Shown: one piece after another, positions 1 to 11,592 of the stretch
How positions within the stretch are numbered: position 1 is the first letter of the stretch
Layout of the letters: every line of letters begins with the position of its first letter
Assembly: GCA_965112155.1 (NCBI GenBank)
Contig: OZ218101.1
Length of the DNA stretch: 64,000 nucleotides
Reading direction: 5' to 3' (one strand)
Origin: Podarcis liolepis
Lineage: Eukaryota
Made by a program: the position numbers and the translations under genes
Notes under the pieces: generated by a model
Told to the model about the DNA's origin: nothing
The model's database searches: none
The model's input: only the letters and a program-made list of their open reading frames with translations

Positions 1-113
1 TCTGTTCTCATCCTGAAGTAAAGTTCTTAACCCAAGGTACTATTTCTGGGTTAGTGGAGTCTGTAACCTGAAGTGTCTGTAACCTGAAGCGTCTGTAACC
101 CAAGGTACCACTG
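1..113 (+). mobile_element. Tc1/mariner(pogo/Tigger)-type MITE, right part (cut by window edge)
   Basis: Ends AAGGTACCACTG|TA; (TGTAACCTGAAG) subterminal repeats; near-identical to copies at 6674, 10611 and 40162. Confidence 0.85.
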
Positions 114-340
114 TACAGCTAGACTGATGTATCAATATGATCTACTGATTTCTGATTTTTTTCCTTGTAATTTTATTGCTGATTTTATTCATCACTGTGG
201 TCACCACTGTGTTTTTATTCACCACTGTGATCGATCTCTCTTTCTCCCTCTCTCTTGGAAGTATAGACATTTTTGCAAATAAATAAGCAAAAATTTAGCT
301 CATCCCACCTCTTCTGTTGGCATGATAACTTGTATGTCCA

Positions 341-806
341 TGTCAAGGTTTTAGGGAATCCGATCCCCCTCCCTCACGGCTGGCAGTCAGAAATGGGAAA
401 ACAAGATGTTTTTACCGTGGTATTTTATTCAATATTCATAGAGAGAGATGGATGGTGCAGCCTCTCAGGTAATGGTGTTGCTCCAAGTAAAGTCCCACCC
501 CCTCAGTCCCTCTTATTCTACGTCACCCCTGTGCTTTCTGTCTCTGAGCTTTCTGTTCTACTAACCTCAAGGCATGCCTGGTTCTGGGAGAGGAGGGTTC
601 TTTCAAGAGACACTGAGTCCATTAGCTGTCTCTTCCCTAGTGTTTCCTCCTCCTGTTGCTCCCCCAATATTTCCCAGCTTCTCTCCTCTGCAGCCTCTGA
701 ACCTTCTGCAAACCATTATTCTAAATCTATACTGTCCACCACTTCTTGGGAAGGTGCAGGAAGGGGGGGCGGTTCCCATCATTCCTCCTCAGTCCAGCCC
801 CTGACA
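341..806 (-). mobile_element. Solo LTR (Gypsy/ERV-like)
   Basis: TGTCAAGG...CCCTGACA termini, perfect 5-bp TSD GTCCA (336-340, 807-811), minus-strand AATAAA near 425; homologous to 34027-34426. Confidence 0.8.
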
Positions 807-1944
807 GTCCATCATAGGGTGACTGTTGGAACCCCATAGCCAAGCTCGGGACAACAGTGTGTATTAGCTCATCACTGTCCACACTTCATACATTTATTTT
901 ATTTGCAAATATTTCTACAACAGGAAACCTTTTTTTAAAAAAAAATACAATTACATCAATAAAAGCAAATAATAAATAGATTACCCCACATCTCCCTATG
1001 AACAAGGACTAGAGCCTCAGTTTTGTGTAACAAAAGCTGAACATTCAATGAGAAAGCCAGGAATATTTCTGAGAAGCCACATCCCATAATCATCCTTGTC
1101 ACACCCCATAGTTATCCCCTGTCAATGAGTGGAAAGAGAGTAAGATCAGGCCTGCTGTACCCCATCTTCCACATGTTGGCTGTGCTCAACCTGAAAACAC
1201 AGCAGGATTCCTAATTATACAGAGACCACATTTGTACAAATGAATTTATGTAGAATCTGTGCACACAGAGCCGATCAAAACATGAAGGGCAGGAATAGCA
1301 AATATAATCCTACTCCATCCATCCATTGGTCACTCTGGAATCTTGAATCCTGAAAATGCCATATATCCTAAGCATCAATGTTACAAAGTTGCAGGATGAG
1401 GTGAGCACATAGAAAGGAAAACAGTATTCAGCTAAGGTTAACAGCATACACGGCGTGTCATCTAATTAACCTTAAAGATTCATTTGGAAATGTCACCACT
1501 ATAAATTTGTAGCTGAAGGTCACAAATTTTAATCATTGTGCTCAATGTTTGGCTGTTGTCGATGTGTGTGCCTCATTCGAAAACCAAGGGGTTACAGCTT
1601 TGGCTGGTGTCCACTGAATAATATAGCTGAATTACTAATCACAATCAAAAACAGCATCCTTTGGCTCAGATGTAAGGGAAATTGATGCTTTTGTGATGTC
1701 TCCCAATCCTCTTTTGAATGTGTTGGATAAGAAATAATTGTTTTTGCTATTGTATGCTGTATCCACCAACTATAAGTTGCTAAATAATAGGAGTCTGTGT
1801 ATAGCAATCCACACTATCACAGACCCCAAGAAATTCCCCTACAGGGAAAGGTTACAATGTTATATGCTGTTTTTTAATTTATTTCAAAGGTGAGTAATAG
1901 AACTGTATACATGTATGCATAGTGTAGAGCAAATAGAAAGAAAT

Positions 1945-2150
1945 ATTTCCTCTGTTATAAAACTAGAACTCCAGGGGTCATCCATTGAAGCTGATGGTTG
2001 GAAGATTATATGGTCATTATTTATGGTAGCCACTGATAGTCTTGCCGTCCATGAATTTGCCCAATCTCCATTTAAGGCTATCTAAAATGATGGCCACCAC
2101 CACATTTTAAGAAAGTCTAACTGTGTGCTCTGTGAAGGAATACTTCCTTT
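1945..2150. mobile_element. Old CR1 LINE 3' fragments (a short + piece, then a - piece that resumes at ~3004-3050)
   Basis: GGTCATCCATTGAAGCTGA; then reverse CR1 motifs TCCATGAATTTGCCCAATC...TGTGAAGGAATACTTCCTTT, continuing TTTGTCCTGAATCC...TTCATTGGAT after the insert. Confidence 0.65.
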
Positions 2151-3003
2151 TGCATGGACAGGCAGAGTCCCCAGATCCCGAGCGGTCCCCCCCGTCATGT
2201 GGAATAACGACTCAAGACAACGTGCTATGGGATTAAATTGGACACAACTTTATTAAATTTCAAATGTGGGTAGACCTTGGCTCAGGCATTGGGCGTTCTC
2301 CCTCCCCAGTCCCCAGTCGGGGACCTAGGGAGCATCAGGGTTATCCAGTGGGGGGGGATGGGCCGGCTCTGGAGAACATATGTTCAAGCAGAGATAGCCG
2401 CCCCCGTTACGATGACGCCGCAGAGGAGAGCAATGACGACCTCTCGTCGTACGGTCAAAGCCTCCCTTCAGAAACCCCTTTAACAGGGAACCCTGGTATC
2501 GCCGCCGCAAGAGGAAGATGGACTAAAGGATTCCGCCCAAGGCCTGATACCGCCAAAGTTGTGATGTTTTGCTACGGGATAGGCGAAACCTGCCAATGCA
2601 GGGAAATTCCTTTCCGGCCCTTTAACAGCGACCTTAACGTAGCAGCGCCCGCATGCCTGTGAAGAAAAGTTAACCTGCAAAACCTGTGAAGAAAAGTTAA
2701 CCTGCAAAGGAAGACATTAACTGAGGGTGGGTAGGGTGGGAGAAGCTCTGGAGCCTAGTGAGGATTCCCAGGTAAGATCCTCCCTCTATTGTGTGGGCAG
2801 GTAATCCCTCCCCTACCTGGCCTAGTCTCCTTGGCAATGCTTCCCCCAGGTGGGATTGGACAACTGACTGAGGTAGGCGGAGACCTCCAGGTATCCCACC
2901 TGAGGGAAGGCAAGCCAAGCCTATGCTGATGGAGCTGCTCCAGATCCAGGGGCTGCGTGCGTCCACGCAAAGGGCGCCCCCCATTTTAAGCGGGGAGCGG
3001 TCA
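2151..3003 (-). mobile_element. Young CpG-rich non-coding retroelement-like insert (solo LTR or DIRS/Ngaro-type repeat; family unresolved)
   Basis: Interrupts a CR1 fragment; TG...CA ends possible; minus-strand AATAAA at 2249-2254; many intact CpGs; homologous blocks at ~11118-11560 and ~48320-48755. Confidence 0.7.
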
Positions 3004-5566
3004 TTGTTTGTCCTGAATCCTCCAATATTCAACTTCATTGGATAGCTCCCAGGCTTCTTGTATAGTTCCTCCAATACTATATACAATATTTCATTTAAAG
3101 CATTTTTATCTTGTACCTTCTATGTAGATTTTGTAGCCTTTGGAGAAGAAGATTATGACCTTACAAGGCACATCTGAATGTTGCCTTCAGAAATTGCTAA
3201 TTCTCCAGTTTCTAAACATTGAAAAAGGTTTATTTTCCAAGAAATGGCAATCAGAATTTTGAATCTCCTCTGAGACCTAAAAGTAGGAATAATCAATCCC
3301 TTTCCATGCCAGTACATTAATACATCCATTCCACTCCATTTCCACATCAATCTGCAAAGATAAAGACATGAATAGCCAAATGAAAATTCATATATTTGAA
3401 TGTTTTTTCAAACACACAGCACTTCTTACATACTAATCCTAAAATATGCATTTTTGTTTGCATTCTGTCTTAAAATACTATTTTTTGTACAAATTTTGTC
3501 TTAAGACAAAAAATAGTATATGCATATTGGTACACCTTTTACAGCTAATCACTGTACTGCAAAATTTGGAGACGTGCAAAAGCCAAAACACATTATTCTG
3601 GGAAGTGTGAATCATGTCAGTTCACAAAATTTTCATGTATTCCTTCTAAAAAGCACTTGCGATTCAGCCCAAGCAGATGTACTGCTCTTCATGAGAGTTA
3701 ATCCCCACTCCTTGATCTGATATCATTATCATCATTTATTGGTCCTGTTTTAAAACAAAATCCCAAGCAGCTAGCATCTTACAAAAACAAATGCAATGTG
3801 AATATGAAAAATTATTTAACAGTAAAAAATAAAAATGCTACATAAACTTTCAGTTCAATGCACTAGATGCATTAGATCAGCCTTTGCCAAATGTGGAACC
3901 TTCTAGATATTTTGGACCACAATCCTCATCAGTCCCAAGAGGGCATCAAGTTGGCCAAGTTTCCATTGGATAGTCCAGTCACTTCTAGAATCTCTGTTGA
4001 CTTTTCTTTGCAATCAGTGGTGCCTCTGTGTAAATGCAGGCTTCCCCTGCAATAATCTTGTGTGTGTTTAAGCTATCACAAATATCAGTAACCAACCTTT
4101 AACAGAAACAAAAAAAAGTTGCAAAGGGCTTCCCAGGGAAGAATATCTTTCACGAAACAAAGGGCAAACCTGCCAACTTCTTCGATTAGGAGCACAATCA
4201 GTGGGATTTTTTTTTTTCTTTCCGGAAAGTGTGAAGAGATATATCACAGGTAGAAGTGTTGCCCTTTCTTCAAACTAATATCTAATTATTACCACTTTCC
4301 CCCAAGATTCATGCTTGACGCTTTTTAATGGGTCCTATACTTGCACTGTCTCACACTTTATGTGTCTTGCGGCTTAATGAATCTCAACCTTACTGAATCA
4401 TGATGGTGCATTTTGTACTGAATAGGCTGTTCCTTCCAGTTTTTCTATATTAGGAAAACTGTACTATTAGCACCATCCCCACATTATGAGATGGTGTGAG
4501 TGCCTTTTCATTGGTAATATATGAATTACAATGAAACCTGGAAGTCATGAGGCGGGGTAAATTCCCGAGCAATTTCCTCATTTCATCTCTTACTGAGGCG
4601 ATGTCCTAATTCTTATTCTTATTCTTTAGTCCTCGCCTAAATGCCATAGTGCATTCTTGTAGTTTATATAAAGAAAAATAGACGCGGAAATACTTTCGTT
4701 GAAGAGTAAGAATGAAGAGCAGAAATTAAAGATTTAAGGAGTTCTCACAGGCATTTGAGATGCTTCCCTTGTTATAAATTATAGATTAAATGTTATAGAT
4801 TAAATGTTTACACTGTCTGCATATCCTCATTTGAAGGTGTATCAACAGCATGTACTGTGTACCTTGCTGGGACTAGCTGTGGTCAATCGCAGCTTCTTCT
4901 TGTCCGAAGCTGTTGTAAACACAATGGTGTGTGTGATTGTCATCCGAGGCCCTTCTTCTTGTGCCCCCTCCTCAAGAGGTCTGAAGGGTGGCAACACAAG
5001 AACGAGTCTTTTCTGCAGTGCCTCCCTGTTTGTGGGGTGCTCTCCCAAGGGAAACTCACCAGGCACCTTCATTACATATATTTGGATTCTAGGTGAAAAC
5101 ATTCCTCTTCTCCCAGGACTTTGGCTAATTGAATCTATGGCCTTTTAATCTGGGGCTGAGGGGTATTGTTCTGGTTTTCTTTACTATGTTGTGTGTGTTT
5201 GTGTTTTTATATTGTATAAATTGCCCTGTAACCGTCAGGTGAAGGGTGGTATAGAAATAATAATAGTAGTAGTAGTAATGCATGTACACTTGTTGTAAAT
5301 TTCACATACACACCATGTGAAGTGCCTTCCAGCTGAATGACAGCCTTCCTCACAAGCCACATTTGAAGGGTTCTCCACCTTCTCACACAGCAGCCACAGG
5401 GAAGCATGGGATTTGGGAACCCAACTTGCACAGTGCCAAAGCCCTGAGACTCACCTTATCACCTTTCCACACATCTGGCATTTAGAGTTTTCCAGGAAAA
5501 GGAAATACATCTGTGAACTGAGTTCTCCTGCAGACTGGCAGACATGCCCAGTGTTCTGGCATTTTA

Positions 5567-5568
<2 letters not shown>

Positions 5569-5609
<41 letters not shown>
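5569..5609. repeat. (CA)n microsatellite
   Basis: Direct inspection. Confidence 0.95.
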
Positions 5610-5611
<2 letters not shown>

Positions 5612-6673
5612 TCCAACCTGAAGCTACACACTAGAACTGTCTTCACAGTCCTTTCAAAGTAATTATTCAGATGACTCCAGCTGTTCAACTAAAAGCCTGG
5701 TTTCTTTGGAAATAGAAACCCTTTCAGATTTACACAGCAGAAGGAGAAAAGGAAACTTGCATCCATTATGAAGGTCATGTTGTTCTTTTAGACAACATGG
5801 GTTCTGCGTATTATGTTGCCTGTCCCATGTGTCTCCCTTTGTCGGGTGGAAAGTAATACTCTCTGCACACATTTGCAGCTACTCTGGAGGGCTTATTTGC
5901 ATCTGAAAAAAAGCAAAGCCTTCTGTCTTCACTCTTGTTGCCATACCCTCTTTGCCAGACTTGATCCTCTTTAATGTCAATTAAATAGTCAGAAGAACAT
6001 TTTCAAATTTCAAGCTTAACTAAGAGTATTGGCCAGTGGTGTCTCACACAAGATGTTCTGCAGACTTGTTTCCATAGATATGGGCAGAGATGTGTTTGCT
6101 CTGTGCCAAAAAGGGGTGGGGGAGAGGGATCAGAAATTCAAAATCTGAACAAAGAAAATCTATCGAAAGAAATTGTTTCAGAATTGGCTTGCATATCTTT
6201 GCCCCCAGTTCACAAAATTCTTGCATAGCACAAGAATGCTTAATCTCCTTTCCCTGATTCCCGTAGCACATTATTTTAAAATTTATTTTATGGGCTTAAA
6301 TCCCACCTTTCTATAAAATAATTCAGAGTTCTTACAATATCAAACACACAAAAATACACAGCATAAAAATAAATAACAGTGAGTTAAATCCAGCCTGAGT
6401 TACCATCAGGCTTCAGATCCATTGAAATCTGTATGACAAGTTAGCCATGATTAAATTTCATTCCCATTGGTTTCAACGGGACTACAGTGTGGATAAATTT
6501 GCCTGGATCCAACCTGTCATGACTTTCCCCTGGATCCAACCCACCAAGTCTAAAACATGAAAATAAATCAGTCATAGTAGTACCATGTTTTTATGTTGTA
6601 AATCTCCCTTTTGATCTTCAGGTGTTCAATTTTTTAAATTAAACATTACCACTGAAAAACCAGAATAGAAATA

Positions 6674-6903
6674 CAATGGTGCCTCGGGTTAAGAACTTAA
6701 TTTGTTCTGGAGGTCCGTTCTTAACCTGAAACTGTTCTTAACCTGAGGTACCACTTTAGCTAATGGGGCCTCCCGCTGCCGCCGTGCGATTTCTGTTCTC
6801 ATCCTGAAGCAAAGTTCTTAACCGAGGTACTACTTCTGGGTTGGCGGAGTCTGTAACCTGAAGCATCTGTAACCTGAAGCGTCTGTAACCTGAGGTATCA
6901 CTG
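6674..6903 (+). mobile_element. Tc1/mariner-type MITE
   Basis: TA|CAATGGTGCCTC...GAGGTATCACTG|TA imperfect TIRs with TA duplication. Confidence 0.9.
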
Positions 6904-9028
6904 TAGAAGGTTTAGGCAATACTGGCATGTCCCTTATACCCAACATACTAAAAATCTGGAGTTTTATTGAAGATGGCATGTCACAGTCTTGCTTTTCTTC
7001 ATCATTAGCAGCCCAGCACTCCCAGTGGTCCTTTTGGAGAATTCTAGAGCCATTCAGAAAATCAATTAAGGCCTACAAGCAGCATGAGACCCCATAGCCA
7101 TTTGACATGAAACATGGGTAAGAGCTCTCAGGCTTATTTTTCTACTATACATATATTATAGAAACGTTATTGCCCTTTCCCTTGTGGGCTTGGGGGGGGG
7201 GGGCAAGGAGGGGTTACACAGCCAATTTGGTAGTGCAGCTGCCTCTGCAATATCGACATGGCTAAATGGAGATAGAAGTTAGGCTCCAAGCACTCAACAG
7301 ATCCAATTAAAAGAGATTGCTGAGTAACTGTTTTGCAGGGCTCCTAATCTGCAAACATTTTTCTAATCAATACCTGCTGCTATTCAGTGCAAGCACAAGG
7401 TGACTGTAGTTCTGCCAAACCTAGAAGGGAGCAAGGAAGTGGAAAAGATTACTTGAAAACATGAGGCAGGAATGGTGCTTGCATACCGCAACCCTTTGGA
7501 GAACGCGGCCACATTTTTTATTTTGTTAGATGTGGCCATCGCTCATATTAAATTCCATCAAGATGGCTCAAGTCCACATGAAGCCCAAGGAAATTGGGTC
7601 TAGCTTCTCCAAAAGCGCAGTGATCATTCTTAGCGCCCCCAATCTGGGGGGAAATAATCACATTCCTTTAGGGAGGATGGAGAAGATAAAAATGTCAGGC
7701 TGTGTCCAACTTCATTTTCACCCAGAGAAGAACCATAGGGAAGAATTTAACACTGTGCACAAACATTTCCGCCTGCCAGACAAAATGATCTCCCCTCTCC
7801 ACCCCCACATGCTATACAAGGGTTCTCCCAACCCTCCAGAGTGGATTTGGAGGAGGCCGAGGGGCATAGAAAGAGGAGAGCCAGGAAAGCTTGATTGAAG
7901 TCTGAAAGGCCAGAGCCCTTTCACTAGCTTCTGCTCTCAGGCCAGGTTAGTTGAATCCAGTCCATTACAATTAATGGACCCTAGTGAGACACGTCCATCC
8001 ATTTCAATGAATCTGCCCTGAGTATGACTAATCCTGGATTCAACCCTATATGAAAAAATGAAAAAAATATTATTGAAATCAATGGGATGGTCGGGCTCAA
8101 TATAAGGCAGCTTCTTTTGTATGTTCCTATCTTATTAGCATCCCCATGAGGAGCTGAGGTGGAGGAAGCTTGTGGTTTTTCTCAGGCCACCTGGTGTGTT
8201 AGCTGCTCAGGTGTATTTTAATCTAGGGATGATTACAGTTCATACTTCCATCTACCGTGTTACACTAGCATCTCCTATATAAACTTTGGAATGACAGCAA
8301 TGCTTCTGCAGTTTTGCATTGCATGAGTCGCTCTTAAAGCTGGTTGTGTGCATACCACAGGTCAGCAGCTGCTTAAATTTCAATATGCTGGAGACAACTG
8401 CTAACATGCATCTTTACAGCGCATGCACATGCACACACACGCGCACACGCACACACACACACACACACACACTTTCCAAGTGTTTTAGAAGTGGTATGTG
8501 ATGATGACTAGGCTTCTCCTTACTGTATTCAGACTTACCAGTCCTCCTGCCCCCATCCACTTGACAGCACATTTCAGCATCACTTCTCAGGGCCTTGGAA
8601 GATGAAATAAGAAGGGTTTCTCCTAATTCTATCCTCAATGGGCTAGATGACTGCTAAGGTCCCTTCCAATGCTTTGGTTCCATGAACAGCCCTGAAAAGT
8701 GGTTTCCCCATCATGACCTCCACAAAACCTTCATGGCTGAGCAGAGATACCAGCATAAGTCTTCCATTTTTAAACTCAGCACCATATCATCTGTGCCGCA
8801 CTCAAAGAATGTTGGTTAATCAGAAAGAAGGCAAGTCTTTTTCCTTCAGTCTTTCAGGTATTGGGGGCCTGAGTCATATATTGACCCTTATGCTGCCATA
8901 CCTCACGCCTATTCATATACTTTCAGTAGGCTGGCTGAAGACATTTTTCTGTCCTCAGAGGCGGAGCAAGCTGCTTCCCTCTTCCATTCCAAATACAGAA
9001 GATGGACAGACTACCATGTCAACCTAGC

Positions 9029-9170
9029 ATCTTCTTCTTTCTTTGGTGATCACTTGTAGCCAAGTAAGATTGTCTTCCATGAACACAGTCTTAACAATGA
9101 GTCTGTAAGTGATTATGGAGACCAATTCTGGATCCATACGTCCTTGCACAGTGATCCTTCAACACTCGTG
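9029..9170 (-). mobile_element. RTE-clade LINE 3' end fragment
   Basis: (CTT)n tail then CTTTGGTGATCACTTGTAGC...CTGGATCCATACGTCC; homologous to 58620-58890. Confidence 0.75.
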
Positions 9171-9404
9171 ATAAAGGAAAGAATAATCAAGGGCGATAAG
9201 TTAGCTTAGGAGGTCCATGGCAGCTAAAACAGCACATAGCTCCATCCCTGGAGGAGATTCGCTTCCCCACAGCTCTTGTATCCTTTCAGGCGCTCCAGTT
9301 TTCCTGAGTGAACCACCTCACCCTGCAAGACCAGGCACTTCTGCAGTAGTGTGCAAAAGCATTTCAAAGTGATCAATGGCCTACAATTTCTTTTTTTAAA
9401 AAAA

Positions 9405-9484
9405 AATCCTTCCAGTAGCACCTTAGAAACCAACTAAGTTTGTTATTGGTATGAGCTTCCGTTTGCATGCACACTTCTTCAGAT
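9405..9484 (-). mobile_element. Penelope-like element terminal fragment with decayed minimal hammerhead motif
   Basis: TCCAGTAGCACCTTAGAAACCAACTAAG...CACTTCTTCAGAT; homologous to the arms at 55649-55831. Confidence 0.7.
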
Positions 9485-10610
9485 TTTTTTTTTAAAAAAT
9501 GTTTCTGTTTTATTTTTAATTGTATTGTTTTTAATATTTTGGTGTTTGCCAACCTGGGCTCCTTGAGGAGGAATGGCCAAGGTGAAATTTAATCATCATC
9601 ACCAGACCAGTTTATTTTTGCTTCTTCCACCCATCCACTCTTCGCCCCTTCCAACTTCATACAGCCTCACAGGTTAGGTGCTTCACTTTTGAAACCCTCT
9701 TATTGAGAAACATACATTAGCACACGTTAGCCACACTGGGCTTGAGAAATGAGCTGCACCGTGTTTCTGGAAGGAGAATATGGAGGAAGGAATTGTCTGC
9801 TTTCTGGAAGGTTCCAGGAACACCTGTGCCCTCGTAGCGGAGCAAAAACAACAGCTGTCCTCTTGAGATGAATGCTTGGAGCAGAAATTGGCCATCGAGG
9901 GCAGGGGTGTTGCTTATATGGCAGACTTCTCCAGGCTAGAAGCATTAGCATCTTGTTTTCCTTGTCAAAGTCCATAAAAGTCTGAGAGGAAACCATTTGG
10001 CTTTTCTGCATGCAAATTTATTAAGTAAGTGACAGTCTCTAATTTCGTATAACTTGGCTGCCAAGCACCTCTCACTGTGTGGCAAAGAAAATTACATGCT
10101 GTTTATCCCTTATTTATTGCAGCCAGCCAGAGGCCATAAAATTCTCCTTAGAGATGGTTCTCATATGAGGATCGGTTCACACATGTATGATCATTGTTCA
10201 TTCGCCACAGCACCCAACGACATACGTGGGGGAGTCAAATTAATCATTACACTTTTATTTATTTATTGTGAAATTTGTGTCTTGCTGTTTCACAAAATGG
10301 AATAACAAAAATGTCAGTTAACAGCACTAAAACATTGCAATACATATAATAATATAGGAGAAACAAATGACAAAAGGCAAGTAAAACATCAATAAATTAA
10401 ATGAAAACACTTATTTAGAAGCCAGTTTATGAGCAAATGCCCTATCTAAAAATGTATTTGCCTGACTGCAGATATCCATCAGGGACCGGCCTAGATGGGC
10501 CTTCTTAGAAAGGAGTTCTTGATCCTGGGAGCAGCTAACAAGAAGTCCCTGCCAAATATCACTCAGTCTCCCTACAGTTACCTCCCTTTGTCTCTGACGT
10601 CTTGCTAATA

Positions 10611-10839
10611 CAGTGGTACCTCAGGTTAAGTACTTAATTCGTTCCAGAGGTCCGTTTTTAACCTGAAACTGTTCTTAATCTGAAGCACCACTTTAGCTAA
10701 TGGGGCCTCCTGCTGCCACCGCACCACCGCCAGAGCACGATTTCTGTTCTCATCCTGAAGCAAAGTTCTTAACCTGAGGTACTATTTCTGGGTTAGCGGA
10801 GTCTGTAACCTGAAGTGTATGTAACCTGAGGTACCACTG
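10611..10839 (+). mobile_element. Tc1/mariner-type MITE
   Basis: TA|CAGTGGTACCTCAGGTTA...TAACCTGAGGTACCACTG|TA, perfect 18-bp TIR. Confidence 0.93.
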
Positions 10840-11099
10840 TACAATTTTTAAAAAGGTGATACCTTACTCATAAAAGAGAGTGTATTCACTTGCTACCAGA
10901 AAGAGGACTTAAACCAGAGATTTGCATAAAATTTGCATGTGATGATTTTCACTTATCCAGGTGCACTCTGAGATATATAAAGAGGATCTGTGGTGCTCTC
11001 AGCACTGCAATCCGCATTCAGCTTTCCCACCTACCCACCATATGCTTGCTGTGGTTTCAGAGCTGTTCCTGTGAAAGCAGAATGTCACAATTCTTGGAC

Positions 11100-11592
11100 C
11101 TCGTTGTGGACGTCTGTCAGTCGCTGGTTACAGGGCTGGGGAGAAATTTTCCTGCAAACAGATTGGCCAGCTCTGCACGTTGAAACTTTGTGGACTGACC
11201 AGCTCATAGGAAACATTGCAACTTTATAGCAAAAGAGGCATTGGGCTAGATCCTTAGTAGGAACAAGCAGGGGAAGGGGCCTCATCCCATTGGGGGATCC
11301 CGTTAAGGGATTTTGGAGGCAGTCCTTCCTGTCCAGCAACTCAGTTCAGGGGCTAACAAGCCAAAGCACTCCCCCCCACTCACTGGGGTCCACCAGAAGC
11401 AGTTCATGCTGTGAAGGACCCCTAACATTGGTCAAGCTCAGTGGCCAATCATCCAGCAGGCAGAATGCCCAATGCCCAATGACTATGTCAAACCCATTTT
11501 GATTGTAATAAATAAAGTTGGTGCCGAATTTCCAATGCAATTCATGTCTCTTGGTCTTTATTTTCTGCCTGCACCCCACCCTCGTTGCTTCA
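11100..11592 (+). mobile_element. Old copy of the family seen at 2151-3003 (boundaries approximate)
   Basis: Shares GTCGCTG..AGGGC..AATTT.CCTGCA..ATTGGC, CAACTTT..AGGCATTGGGC..ATCCTTAGT and GCCCAATGCC...AATAAAGTTG blocks. Confidence 0.6.

Noticed and set aside
273-839. 188-aa ORF
   Set aside because: Lies antisense across a solo LTR; low-complexity Ser-rich, non-ATG start, no recognisable domain
2560-2625. MALAT1-type ENE triple helix (U-rich loop followed by AGCAAAA)
   Set aside because: U tracts are too short, the A tract is not complementary enough, no tRNA-like element follows, and UAGCA pairs better in P1
2264-2662. 132-aa ORF in the GC-rich insert
   Set aside because: Opposite strand to the poly(A) signal, no recognisable domain, and no equivalent ORF evident in the other two copies
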